Shown here one piece after another: positions 29,706 to 39,950 of a DNA stretch of 64,000 nucleotides. Origin of the DNA: a virus; the IMG/VR virus record IMGVR_UViG_3300008267_000014, positions 23,777-87,776 of that record; one strand, 5' to 3'. How positions within the stretch are numbered: the stretch's first letter is position 1; every line of letters begins with the position of its first letter. Under the pieces are notes generated by a model, which was not told where the DNA came from, did not search any database, and was given only the letters and a program-made list of their open reading frames with translations. Made by a program: the position numbers and the translations under genes.

Positions 29706-32700
29706 ATGACTGATTTTAGTTCTCTTGGGGGTGTTGGTATCATTGGGTTTATTTCACCTAAAGGTACAAATGATACTTATGCGGTTATTGACCCTACTTA
29801 TGGTGTCGATGGTTTACGAAATGTTAACACAACTTCTGATTTAGATTTAATAACAACCGAAAGAAGACGTGCGGGTATGATTGTCGGTGTCTCTGGTGGT
29901 ACGACATATTATAAATTAAACCCTGAACCTTGGAACTATAGCTCAACCGATTGGTCAATCTTTTATACAGGGGAAAATGCATTAATTGGTGTTAGTCTTG
30001 TTAATGGGGATTTAATTTTTACAAACGCAACCGGAGGGACGATTACGATTTCGGGTATTAGTTCTAATGAAATTTATTGGACTTCAGGCTCAACTGGAAA
30101 TTTCTCAATTAAGGCTAATAATGATAGTGGGTTAGACGCTATAGGTGATTATTCATTAGCCGAAGGGTATGATACAAAAGCTATTGGTGATTATTCATTT
30201 GCCGGTGGTTCAGGAACTACAGCAACGACAATATCGAGTGTTGCATTAGGTGTTAATAGTATTTCAAATGCTACCAATGTTTTAGAATTAGATACACCGA
30301 TATCAATTTATTATACTAATTTAACGACTGAAGATTATTGTAATGATTATGGACTTTATATGATAGTAATACCAAATACTAATCCGTATATTGATTTTTA
30401 TGATTACATTTTTAATAGACAATCGACATTTATATTAAGTGGTAGTAGTGGTACTAAAATAGTGAACAATACTACAATTAGTGTTGATGATGTTTATGTG
30501 AGTTATGATACATTTTTATTTTTTTATGATTGTGAAAATGGTACTGATTATACAATAATTAGTGGTAATACTTTCATTGATACAACGGTTAGTGGTAGTT
30601 CAGCATTTGCGTTTGGGACTAATTTAAAATCTTGTGGTTCTAATAGTTTTGCTGAAGGTAGATGTAATAGTGCTATTGGTTCATATAGTCATTCTGAAGG
30701 ATATAAGACAACTAGCTTAGGTCTTGGTAGTCATTCTGAAGGTAGTTGTAATATATCTTGTGGACGTTATACTCACTCTGAAGGTGGTTTAACTACTGCT
30801 ATAGGTAGTTATAGTCATGCTGAAGGATATAATACTTCTACTATTGGTGATTATACCCATGCTGAAGGATATAATAGTAAAGCGATTGGGTTATATAGTC
30901 ATGCTGAAGGATATAATACTATCGCTTGTGGTCAATATAGTCATGCTGAAGGATATAATACTATCGCTTGTGGTCAATATAGTCATGCGGAAGGGTATAA
31001 TACTATTACTTATGGTCAATATAGTCATGCTGAAGGGAATTGTTCAAAAGCTTGCGGTTTTGGGTCACATGCTGAAGGTGGTGGTGTTTATTGTAGTGGT
31101 AACTATCTATCAGGAGGTGTTGCGATTGGTCCTGGTAGTCATGCTGAAGGTATATGTACCCTTGCATGTGGTGATGGTAGCCATGCTGAAGGGTATGGTG
31201 CTGGTGGTGTTGGTATTTGTGGTATATGTTATAGAACAATTGCATCAGGTTGTGGGTCACATGCCGAAGGGTTAGTAACAACCTCTATTGGTAGTGGGTC
31301 ACATGCGGAAGGTGGGTTTGCACGATGTATTACCAATTGTGTTGGACAAAGTTATACCGTTATTTATCTTGGTGGTACGGCAATTGGTGGTGGTAGTCAT
31401 GCTGAGGGAGGTAATACTAGAACATCAGGAATTACTAGTCATGCAGAAGGATACGGAAGTACATCATTTGGGTTTGGAGGACATTCAGAAGGAATTCATT
31501 CGACCTCAATCGGAAATGGGTCACATGCTGAAGGTGGGTTTTATATCCCTACAGCGTTTACAGGTGATATTTGTTATATTAGTGGGGGTGTTGCTATAGG
31601 GGATAGTAGTCATGCGGAAGGTATTGATACTAAATCTTGTGGTGTTGCAAGTCATGCTGAAGGTAGTGGTACTACCGCTTATGGTTTTGTTAGTCATTCG
31701 GGTGGTATTAATACAATTGCTTCTGGGAATACATCATTCATCCATTCAACCAATTCTGTTGTAATTGGTGATAGAAGTGTTGTGTTAGGAGGTCAAAATA
31801 TAACAGGTGATACATCAGACACTGTTTATGTGCCTAAATTAAATATCGGTACATTAGGTACAGGGTCTAGTATTAATAATTTAGGTATCGATGTTAATGG
31901 TTTTATTGTGACTGGAACAACTTCAGGTGGAAGTTTTACAGGTGGAACTGTAAATGGTGATACTAATTTTACAGGTGGATTATCAGCTAATACATTTAGT
32001 GCTAGCACATATTTTAATTTACCTGAAAATCCATATTGGACATCAGGTTCAACTTGGAACGGTGCAAATTATCCGATTAAAGCTAATAATGATAGTGGTT
32101 TAGATGCAACTGGTAGTTATTCAGTTGCAGAAGGTTATGGAACATGTACTATTACGTTAGCGATTAGTAGTCATGCTGAGGGACATCGTACCACAACATT
32201 TGCATGTGGTAGTCATTCCGAAGGTAGTTGTACTACGGCTTACGGTTGTTTTAGTCATAGTGAAGGTTTTTGTACTAAATCTTGTGGATGTAATAGTCAT
32301 GCTGAAGGTTGTTTTACAACATCAATAGGTAATAATAGTCATTCTGAAGGTTCGTGTAACATATCTTGTAATAATTCAAGTCACGCTGAAGGTTTTTGTA
32401 CCACATCTTTTTGTTCTTATAGTCATACTGAAGGAACTGATACTAAAACTTATGGTCAATATAGTCATGCTGAAGGACAATCGACAACAACTAGTGGTCA
32501 AAGTAGTCATGCTGAAGGTAATTTAACGACATCAATTGGTAGATATAGTCATGCTGAAGGATATTCCACTAATTCTTGTGGTTGTTATAGTCATGCTGAA
32601 GGTGAATGTTCCGATACTTGTGGTAATTATAGTCATGCTGAAGGAACTATAACCGTTTCATCGGGATGTGGTAGTCATGCTGAAGGTATTTGTACCACAT

Positions 32701-33254
32701 CTATAGGTAAACACAGTCATTCTGAGGGTAATAATACTAAATCATGCGGATGTGGTAGCCATGCTGAAGGTTATTATACAACTTCAATTGGTTTTTATAG
32801 TCATGCCGAAGGTTGTGGAACTACCTCTTTTACTGATTATAGTCACGCTGAAGGTATTTGTACGGTATCATTATCATTAGGTAGTCACTCAGAAGGGTTT
32901 TGTACTACTGCTGGAAATTGTTTTTCACATTCGGAAGGAATTTGTACTTTGACAATAGGATGTGCTAGTCATTCAGGTGGTATTAATACGATAGCTTCAG
33001 GTGACACGTCATTTATCCACTCAACAAATTCAGTTATAACCGGTAATAGAAGTGTTATTTTAGGAGGTCAAAATATAACAGGTAGTACTGATGATACAGT
33101 ATATGTCCCTGATTTAGTAATTAGAAAATCTCAAATAGTTCCTACAGGTAGTACCCATAATATTGGTGAAAATGGGTCTGTTACTTGGGATAATGATAAT
33201 TTCTATTGGAAGGCTAATGGTTTATGGTTAAAAATTAGTGGAATAACTTTTTAA
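29706..33254 (+). CDS. Second SHAEG-repeat tail fibre/adhesin with two tandem head modules
   Basis: N-terminal ERRRAGMIVGV...YYKL domain; two SHAEG arrays each closed by the GGQNITG..DTVYVP neck; C-terminal GENGSVTWDNDNFYWK module. Confidence 0.8.
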   Translation: MTDFSSLGGVGIIGFISPKGTNDTYAVIDPTYGVDGLRNVNTTSDLDLITTERRRAGMIVGVSGGTTYYKLNPEPWNYSSTDWSIFYTGENALIGVSLVNGDLIFTNATGGTITISGISSNEIYWTSGSTGNFSIKANNDSGLDAIGDYSLAEGYDTKAIGDYSFAGGSGTTATTISSVALGVNSISNATNVLELDTPISIYYTNLTTEDYCNDYGLYMIVIPNTNPYIDFYDYIFNRQSTFILSGSSGTKIVNNTTISVDDVYVSYDTFLFFYDCENGTDYTIISGNTFIDTTVSGSSAFAFGTNLKSCGSNSFAEGRCNSAIGSYSHSEGYKTTSLGLGSHSEGSCNISCGRYTHSEGGLTTAIGSYSHAEGYNTSTIGDYTHAEGYNSKAIGLYSHAEGYNTIACGQYSHAEGYNTIACGQYSHAEGYNTITYGQYSHAEGNCSKACGFGSHAEGGGVYCSGNYLSGGVAIGPGSHAEGICTLACGDGSHAEGYGAGGVGICGICYRTIASGCGSHAEGLVTTSIGSGSHAEGGFARCITNCVGQSYTVIYLGGTAIGGGSHAEGGNTRTSGITSHAEGYGSTSFGFGGHSEGIHSTSIGNGSHAEGGFYIPTAFTGDICYISGGVAIGDSSHAEGIDTKSCGVASHAEGSGTTAYGFVSHSGGINTIASGNTSFIHSTNSVVIGDRSVVLGGQNITGDTSDTVYVPKLNIGTLGTGSSINNLGIDVNGFIVTGTTSGGSFTGGTVNGDTNFTGGLSANTFSASTYFNLPENPYWTSGSTWNGANYPIKANNDSGLDATGSYSVAEGYGTCTITLAISSHAEGHRTTTFACGSHSEGSCTTAYGCFSHSEGFCTKSCGCNSHAEGCFTTSIGNNSHSEGSCNISCNNSSHAEGFCTTSFCSYSHTEGTDTKTYGQYSHAEGQSTTTSGQSSHAEGNLTTSIGRYSHAEGYSTNSCGCYSHAEGECSDTCGNYSHAEGTITVSSGCGSHAEGICTTSIGKHSHSEGNNTKSCGCGSHAEGYYTTSIGFYSHAEGCGTTSFTDYSHAEGICTVSLSLGSHSEGFCTTAGNCFSHSEGICTLTIGCASHSGGINTIASGDTSFIHSTNSVITGNRSVILGGQNITGSTDDTVYVPDLVIRKSQIVPTGSTHNIGENGSVTWDNDNFYWKANGLWLKISGITF
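30894..31019 (+). repeat. 42-bp tandem repeat (2 exact copies plus 1 diverged)
   Basis: TATAGTCATGCTGAAGGATATAATACTATCGCTTGTGGTCAA repeated; equals one 14-aa SHAEG unit. Confidence 0.9.
31921..32138 (+). repeat. 218-bp direct repeat, copy 2
   Basis: Matches 22353-22570, with mostly third-position differences. Confidence 0.9.
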
Positions 33255-33299
33255 ATAAAATAAAAAAATAATAAATTAAAAAGTATTTATTAAATAATT

Positions 33300-35255
33300 A
33301 TGACATCTATCCAAATTACCGAAATATCAGGATTAACATATCCTTATGATATCTATGTTTGTGATGTTTTTGGTAATCAATGTTTATTAGTGGCCACTAT
33401 TAATAGTGATGTACCACCAGTAAATACTTTAGTATTACCACCACAATTTAATACCGCTCCTGCAGTTGGTGTTAAAATAGTTTCACATGATTGTGTTAAA
33501 TTTAACATAGTTTATTGTTATTTGGTTTATACTAGAACGCCTACGCCAACACCTACAGTTACACCAACGATTACACCAACGAACACTCTAACACCTACTA
33601 ACACTGAAACACCTACTCAAACTCCTACAAATACCGTTACACCAACTAATACTGAAACACCTACTGTTACGCCAACTCCAACTAACACTGAAACGCCTAC
33701 TCAGACCCCAACTAATACGATTACACCGACTAATACTGTCACACCTACTAATACTGAAACGCCGACGCAAACTCCGACTAATACACTAACACCTACAAAT
33801 ACCGTAACTCCCACAAACACTATTACACCTACAAATACTGAAACACCAACGGTTACTCCGACACCAACAAATACTATCACGCCAACTAATACAATTACAC
33901 CAACTGTTACACAAACACCAACAAATACTCTTACGCCTACTAACACTGAAACCCCTACAGTTACCCCAACTAATACTCTTACGCCAACAAATACCGAAAC
34001 TCCTACTCAAACACCTACAAACACCATTACGCCAACAAATACTGAAACGCCGACTCAAACTCCTACAAATACTATAACACCTACTAATACTGAAACGCCG
34101 ACGCAAACTCCGACTAATACGGTCACACCGACTAATACTGAAACACCTACACAAACCCCAACTAATACGGTTACTCCGACAAATACTATAACACCAACTA
34201 ATACTGAAACTCCGACTCAAACACCTACTAATACGGCAACACCTACTGTTACACAAACACCTACTAATACTGAAACTCCAACACAAACACCTACCAATAC
34301 TATTACTCCGACAAATACCGAAACTCCAACACAAACTCCGACAAATACGGTAACCCCAACAAATACTGAAACTCCAACACAAACACCTACCAATACTGTT
34401 ACACCAACTAACACCGAAACGCCTACTCAGACCCCTACCAATACTTTAACACCGACTAATACCGAGACACCAACACAAACTCCTACTAATACAATTACAC
34501 CTACCAACACCGAAACGCCTACACAAACACCAACTAATACAGTCACACCAACTAATACGGAGACCCCAACTCAAACCCCTACTAATACGATTACACCTAC
34601 TAATACTGAAACACCTACTCAAACTCCAACCAATACGATAACACCAACTAACACCGAAACGCCTACTCAGACCCCGACCAATACTCAAACACCGACTAAT
34701 ACGATTACACCTACAAATACTGAAACCCCTACCGTTACTCCAACTAATACTGTTACGCCGACCAATACAGAAACTCCAACACAGACCCCTACTAATACCC
34801 AAACTCCAACTAACACAATCACACCAACAAATACTGAAACGCCTACTCAGACCCCAACTAACACAGTTACACCTACTAATACTTTAACCCCAACTAACAC
34901 TCAAACTCCTACTCAAACGCCTACAAATACTATAACACCTACTAACACTGAAACCCCTACACAGACACCTACCAACACGATAACACCTACTAATACTGAA
35001 ACACCAACGCAAACACCGACTAATACCGAAACACCAACGCAAACGCCAACAAATACGATTACACCTACGAATAGTGAGACACCTACACAAACGCCAACTA
35101 ATACGGCAACGCCAACATATACCCCATCAATAACACCATCGTATACACCATCGGCAACACCAACTTTAACACCATCACCAATAGTGGGTGATTTCTTATT
35201 ACTTGAAACCGGTGATTATTTATTATTAGAAACAGGTGATAAGATTATATTATAA
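33300..35255 (+). CDS. Mucin-like Thr/Pro repeat virion protein
   Basis: ~75-aa Cys-containing N-terminal domain, ~550 aa of TPTNT(I/V/E/L)/TPTQ repeats, and C-terminal [20 protein letters not shown]. Confidence 0.8.
   Translation: MTSIQITEISGLTYPYDIYVCDVFGNQCLLVATINSDVPPVNTLVLPPQFNTAPAVGVKIVSHDCVKFNIVYCYLVYTRTPTPTPTVTPTITPTNTLTPTNTETPTQTPTNTVTPTNTETPTVTPTPTNTETPTQTPTNTITPTNTVTPTNTETPTQTPTNTLTPTNTVTPTNTITPTNTETPTVTPTPTNTITPTNTITPTVTQTPTNTLTPTNTETPTVTPTNTLTPTNTETPTQTPTNTITPTNTETPTQTPTNTITPTNTETPTQTPTNTVTPTNTETPTQTPTNTVTPTNTITPTNTETPTQTPTNTATPTVTQTPTNTETPTQTPTNTITPTNTETPTQTPTNTVTPTNTETPTQTPTNTVTPTNTETPTQTPTNTLTPTNTETPTQTPTNTITPTNTETPTQTPTNTVTPTNTETPTQTPTNTITPTNTETPTQTPTNTITPTNTETPTQTPTNTQTPTNTITPTNTETPTVTPTNTVTPTNTETPTQTPTNTQTPTNTITPTNTETPTQTPTNTVTPTNTLTPTNTQTPTQTPTNTITPTNTETPTQTPTNTITPTNTETPTQTPTNTETPTQTPTNTITPTNSETPTQTPTNTATPTYTPSITPSYTPSATPTLTPSPIVGDFLLLETGDYLLLETGDKIIL
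33531..35180 (+). repeat. Coding low-complexity tandem array ([16 protein letters not shown] units)
   Basis: Amino-acid periodicity is near perfect while ACN/CCN third positions vary. Confidence 0.9.
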
Positions 35256-35291
35256 AAAAAAATATCGGTCATTTCTAACCGATATTTTTTT
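35254..35291. terminator. Bidirectional terminator at the convergence of the two structural blocks
   Basis: AAAAAAATATCGGT, loop, ACCGATATTTTTTT inverted repeat. Confidence 0.85.
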
Positions 35292-35310
35292 ATTAAAGCT
35301 TAAAGTGTAC

Positions 35311-35910
35311 TTACCAAATACCTTGTTGTTTCATATAACCTAAAACACAACAATAAGCATCTGATTGGTCAAAATTTTCTTTTTTAAGTGTATTATTTTT
35401 AGTGTATAACCATTGTATTTGTGGTTCTTTTTTTGCGACTTTTTCCCAAATTATCATTTTTTTATCGATGTCTTTAGGTAATCCTCCGAATAACACATGT
35501 TTACCTTTATCATTAACTTGGACTAATTCGGGAAATGCATATTTTCTTGAATTGTAAGTTGAAATGAATTTAGGTACAATTCCTAAAGTATCATAAATTT
35601 CTTTACAAAGAAATGAGTTAAATCTTAATAATGTTTGAACTGTGTTAATGTTATTTGAATTTAACAAAGGTTCTTCAATTATTACGTTAACGATACCCAT
35701 ACCTTGATATTGGATTAATTTTTTCTTAAAAATTTCAGCCTTTAAAAGTAATTCGGTGATTTTACAATCTTGTTTAGGTTTAGGTTGTGGTGAAATATGA
35801 CATAATTCTAAAAGTTCTTTATCGATAATATCAAATAATGCCCAACCAATTGTTCTGGTTGAGATGTCTAATCCTAATACTTTTGGTTTTTCTTTTAATG
35901 GTTTTTTCAT
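35311..35910 (-). CDS. RuvC-like Holliday junction resolvase
   Basis: VLGLDISTRTIGWA (Asp1), VIIEEP (Glu), and DQSDAYC (DxxD) RNase H-fold catalytic set. Confidence 0.85.
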   Translation of the reverse strand: MKKPLKEKPKVLGLDISTRTIGWALFDIIDKELLELCHISPQPKPKQDCKITELLLKAEIFKKKLIQYQGMGIVNVIIEEPLLNSNNINTVQTLLRFNSFLCKEIYDTLGIVPKFISTYNSRKYAFPELVQVNDKGKHVLFGGLPKDIDKKMIIWEKVAKKEPQIQWLYTKNNTLKKENFDQSDAYCCVLGYMKQQGIW

Positions 35911-35913
35911 AAA

Positions 35914-38304
35914 TTAAAAATCGAATTTTACGATAAATTGCTGAATACCTTGTCTAAGAGTTGGAGATTGCAGCTTAGATATAATCATAAGATTTTTATT
36001 TGAGTCGTAAAGACTAATTTCTGTAATATATGATTTTGTACCTTTAGTCCAAGTAGGATTAGATGAAGTTAAAAATTCAGATTTTGATAAGTTTAATTTA
36101 TATTTCATTTCATAAATTGTTGCTTGTATATCAGTTTCTAAATTACCATAGAAATAATATTCATCTCCAAAATTAAGAGTTTGACCTGTATCACCAATCG
36201 TTGATAATGGTATATAATCATTTAAATCATAAAAATCGGCGGCATCATAAGCGTCTTTTGTAATAACAAATGTTGTACCTGTTAATGTATTTTGTGTTAG
36301 ATAACCATTAACTGTTGTCGCACTTACTTGGTCTGTAACGTCAATAATTCTCCATTCATCAGATAGCGGTCTTGTATCACCTGATACTTTTTGACAGATA
36401 AGTTCAATTTTTTCGGCAAAAAAACCTTCTTTAAATGTATTATCGTAATCAGTCAAACAAGGGAAATTACCCCCAAAACTAACACCTACATTATCTGAAT
36501 TCGAAGTACTACAATCATTAGGTCCAAAAATATTAACATAATAATTACAATGTATTGAATTGGTAAAAGCGCTTGTATTTGTGAATCTGTACGTTACGTA
36601 CATGTTTTCACTACCGCCTGATAATACACCTATATTACTACCATTACTTGAACCACATGTGTTAGGTGATACTAAATTTAGTTTAGGGGCTGGTAATGTC
36701 CAATTACGATTAGATTTATATGACATTGCGGCAACGATTTCTTCATCGTCTATAATAATGATATGGTCGTCAGGAAAAACTTTACCAATTCTACTTGGTA
36801 ATCCATTAGACACTACATGTGTATCCCATAGATTAAAATATCTTAAACCAGGTGTGTTCATGTCCTCATTTTTAGTTGATTTTAAATATTCGACTTGAAA
36901 TAAATCAACATCATCAAAATTAGGTGGGTCAACCCAAAAAGTTTCACCATAACAACATTCAGGGTTTTTATGCCACATTAACCAAGGAATGTGTAGTTTG
37001 AAATTTCTAGCTTCACCTGTTGAACTTGTTGGTGATGATGGGTCAAATGGTTCTAATGCGAATTTTTCACCATAGAATGAATCTATAGTTTGATTCGTAT
37101 AATGTATCACAGCAATTGCTTTTTGTTTTTCAGGTGTTACTGTAACTTTTTGATTAAATGAGTCATAAAAATAAACAGAATCAGTATCTGTTTGACCACT
37201 AGAATTCATGTAACCAAAATATTCTTTAGCACCAATATAATTTATTGAACCAAAACCTGTGTAATCAACATTAATTGATGATACGATACCTGCAGGACTT
37301 TCAGACCAAGGAATATTCATATTCCAAATCTTAACGTTAAACTCGTCTTGATTACATACCGATTCAAAATTAATAACATCATCACTCCAATGATTAAGAG
37401 GTGTGACGCTATCATATAAATCAGTCATAGTATTAGGATATACAATTACCCTAGCATAACAACTTGTGAATGATATTGATGAATAATCAGGGACTGGTCT
37501 ATCTAATGTATAACTATCATTACATATATCAACAATTCGATATGTTAACATAGGGTAACAAGAACTCATTGTCATTGAACATTCTGTTGAAACAACAGGT
37601 GTTGGGTTAGGACAATATGTTGCCGAAGGGGTTGGTGTTGGTGTTGGTGATGAACAAGGTGTACCACTAACAGGTGTTGCTGATGGTGTGGGTGTCGGTG
37701 TTGAATATTGAGAACTTGTTGGTGTAGGTGTTGGTAAATTAATACAACTACAATTATTATCGCCTAATTTATCATAGTAAATTGTGATAAAATCGCCAAT
37801 TGATGGTGAACTATAATTGGTTGGATTACAATTTAAATTGATTACTTTTATTGTTGTACCACCTGTTAATGTTGACATGTCAATAACGTAATTAGAGTTA
37901 ACAACATAATCATTTCCGGTTAGAGTACTCCAATTAGTTGGTAATGATGTAGTATCACCGGTAAAGAAACCTCTCATAGCCGCTGTATTATAAATTGGGC
38001 TAACTACTGAATCCATATATGGAATACCGTAAGTGTTTCCAACAGTACCATCAACATAATATGGGTATTTTACGTTACCTTTATTAGATTGTGGTACACC
38101 ACTACTATTTTGAGAATTAAATGATGGTGTTAATACCATACTGTTAGATTGTTGGTAGGTTGAGGGTAAATTATTATAATTTATCTCACTATCCCCAATT
38201 TGAAAGTAACTAATATTAAAAGTACCTTGAGATAATTTTTGTCTTGCGGTATCGGTTAATTTTGTATTTACTAACGCTGATGTATTTTTTAATATAAATG
38301 ACAT
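35914..38304 (-). CDS. Baseplate/tail-fibre attachment-like structural protein (796 aa)
   Basis: N-terminal KLTDTARQKLSQG.F.ISYFQIGDSEINY and C-terminal YITEISLYD..NLMIISKL..P.R..F.VKFDF resemble tail-collar/fibre-junction domains; internal Thr/Pro linker. Confidence 0.6.
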   Translation of the reverse strand: MSFILKNTSALVNTKLTDTARQKLSQGTFNISYFQIGDSEINYNNLPSTYQQSNSMVLTPSFNSQNSSGVPQSNKGNVKYPYYVDGTVGNTYGIPYMDSVVSPIYNTAAMRGFFTGDTTSLPTNWSTLTGNDYVVNSNYVIDMSTLTGGTTIKVINLNCNPTNYSSPSIGDFITIYYDKLGDNNCSCINLPTPTPTSSQYSTPTPTPSATPVSGTPCSSPTPTPTPSATYCPNPTPVVSTECSMTMSSCYPMLTYRIVDICNDSYTLDRPVPDYSSISFTSCYARVIVYPNTMTDLYDSVTPLNHWSDDVINFESVCNQDEFNVKIWNMNIPWSESPAGIVSSINVDYTGFGSINYIGAKEYFGYMNSSGQTDTDSVYFYDSFNQKVTVTPEKQKAIAVIHYTNQTIDSFYGEKFALEPFDPSSPTSSTGEARNFKLHIPWLMWHKNPECCYGETFWVDPPNFDDVDLFQVEYLKSTKNEDMNTPGLRYFNLWDTHVVSNGLPSRIGKVFPDDHIIIIDDEEIVAAMSYKSNRNWTLPAPKLNLVSPNTCGSSNGSNIGVLSGGSENMYVTYRFTNTSAFTNSIHCNYYVNIFGPNDCSTSNSDNVGVSFGGNFPCLTDYDNTFKEGFFAEKIELICQKVSGDTRPLSDEWRIIDVTDQVSATTVNGYLTQNTLTGTTFVITKDAYDAADFYDLNDYIPLSTIGDTGQTLNFGDEYYFYGNLETDIQATIYEMKYKLNLSKSEFLTSSNPTWTKGTKSYITEISLYDSNKNLMIISKLQSPTLRQGIQQFIVKFDF

Positions 38305-38347
38305 TTTATTATTTTAAATTTTATTTATTCATGTTCTGATTTAGTAT

Positions 38348-39490
38348 TTAACTTCTATTGTAAAATGGGTCAGAAATGACTACTGTACAACAATTACATC
38401 CTGTGATACTGGCATTACTTAAAGATATATTAGAACTGTCAAATGTTGATGAACAACAATCTAAATATGAACCGGCATAATTTTCTAAATCAAATCCAAA
38501 TGGTATTGGAGTCCATTCATCAGGTGGTAACCAAGCACCAGGAGGTGTTGGAGTTGGAGTCGGTGTTTGAGTAGGAGTGAGTGTTGGTGTGTTATTACAA
38601 GTTTTATTAAGGGTACTAACAGTTTGAATTGTGAAAGTATCTGTTGATGTTATTGTTATAGTATTCCTATTGTGTGAAACGTTTCTAGTATATGTTAAAT
38701 AAGATTGACACCCTATTTGAGCATTTGGTTGAGTTGATTCCACCGTATTATCAATATATGAAATTGGATTACCATTTTTCAATACTTGTGTTGTGAATGT
38801 GTAGTTAGCTGAATTAGAATAAGGTGTTCGTATAAATTGACTATATAAACTCATATCAAATGTAATTGTTACACCGTTTGGTAAAGGTGGTGATACTGAT
38901 AACGAATATGTGTCTTGAACAGTTGTTGTGGTTGTTGTTGAAACTAACGTTGCTGAACCAAGTAACGACGCTGTTAGAGTATATTGTGTTGGTGAAGTTT
39001 GTTGGGCTAAAGTAACTGTTGAAGATACTACAGTACCTACATTATCAATAACTTTAACTGAATATTGACCACCACACAAACCATTAGCTATTGCTGATGT
39101 ACCATATGTTAATCCATTATTAAATGAATAACCGTAAGGTGGTACACCGCCTGTTGCTTGAATGGTAATTGTACCGTCACAAGTACAGGTTGGATTACTA
39201 AGACTAGTGGTAAATTCTAATAGGTCTAATGGCGGACAAACACCTTGGTTTGCGTCAACACTATAACTATCGCCAATTACCGTCCAATTATTATTTATTG
39301 GTGGATAAGCTGGATTAGTATTAATTACTTGAGTTGAACCCAAACTTGACCCTGACATTCTCCAAGCATTTATTGATGTATCCCAAATTATTTTAAGTGT
39401 ACTATCATCTGACAACCATGATTGATAACCATTATAAGTTCCATTTGGGTTGAAATGTGCGTTAGTTTTATATTGACCTTCGAAAAACAT
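38348..39490 (-). CDS. Structural protein with a SprB-type repeat and Thr/Pro linker (possibly the 3' part of a frameshifted gene)
   Basis: CDGTITIQATGGVPPYGYS...GLCGGQYSVKVID; starts 4 nt after the stop of 39495-39881. Confidence 0.6.
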   Translation of the reverse strand: MFFEGQYKTNAHFNPNGTYNGYQSWLSDDSTLKIIWDTSINAWRMSGSSLGSTQVINTNPAYPPINNNWTVIGDSYSVDANQGVCPPLDLLEFTTSLSNPTCTCDGTITIQATGGVPPYGYSFNNGLTYGTSAIANGLCGGQYSVKVIDNVGTVVSSTVTLAQQTSPTQYTLTASLLGSATLVSTTTTTTVQDTYSLSVSPPLPNGVTITFDMSLYSQFIRTPYSNSANYTFTTQVLKNGNPISYIDNTVESTQPNAQIGCQSYLTYTRNVSHNRNTITITSTDTFTIQTVSTLNKTCNNTPTLTPTQTPTPTPTPPGAWLPPDEWTPIPFGFDLENYAGSYLDCCSSTFDSSNISLSNASITGCNCCTVVISDPFYNRS

Positions 39491-39494
39491 ATTA

Positions 39495-39881
39495 TTAATT
39501 AATTATTGTAAAATTTAAGCAAAAATCATATAACTCAGGTACAGGTGTTGGTGTTGGTGTAGGTGATGGTGATGGAGTTGTCGTTGCTGATAAAACACAA
39601 ACTTGAGTTAATTGAAAATCGTTATAGTAATCTTTTATTGTTGCGGTATAAGTCCCAATACTTAGATTAGTTATTGTATCACCTATACCACCATTATCCC
39701 ATTGAATGTCATAAGGATATGTACCACCAGTTATGATTAGACTTGCGATACCATCTGTTGACGTAGTACTTGATGGGTTAGTTGAATTACAAATAACTGA
39801 CATTGGAAATATAGTTATCACACCACATTCATTTCTTTCTGTTGGGGTGTTTGTTGAAAATATATTTCGTTTTTTAACCAT
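39495..39881 (-). CDS. Short SprB-repeat protein (possibly the 5' part of a frameshifted gene)
   Basis: DGIASLIITGGTYPYDIQWDNG...ITNLSIGTYTATIKD, then a TP linker; ends 11 aa into a new domain. Confidence 0.55.
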   Translation of the reverse strand: MVKKRNIFSTNTPTERNECGVITIFPMSVICNSTNPSSTTSTDGIASLIITGGTYPYDIQWDNGGIGDTITNLSIGTYTATIKDYYNDFQLTQVCVLSATTTPSPSPTPTPTPVPELYDFCLNFTIIN

Positions 39882-39950
39882 TTTATATTTTTACTATATA
39901 AATAATCAATAATTTGGTTTTTTGTATTAAAAAGTTATAATAATACTATA

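Noticed and set aside
22920-31599. Alternate-frame ORFs with VMLKV/HMLKV repeats
   Set aside because: Frame-shifted reading of SHAEG codons (CATGCTGAAGG supplies the ATG).
22331-33254. Diversity-generating retroelement (TR/VR pair) behind the fibre repeats
   Set aside because: Differences between the 218-bp copies are mostly synonymous and not adenine-specific, both copies are coding, and no reverse transcriptase is in the window.
33588-35090. Antisense ORFs rich in VGV or CRS, plus similar ORFs at 44095-44581
   Set aside because: Shadows of Thr/Pro codon repeats.
30817-35180. CRISPR-like arrays
   Set aside because: All periodic DNA is in-frame coding repeat (42-bp SHAEG units, TP units) with no unique spacers and no cas genes.
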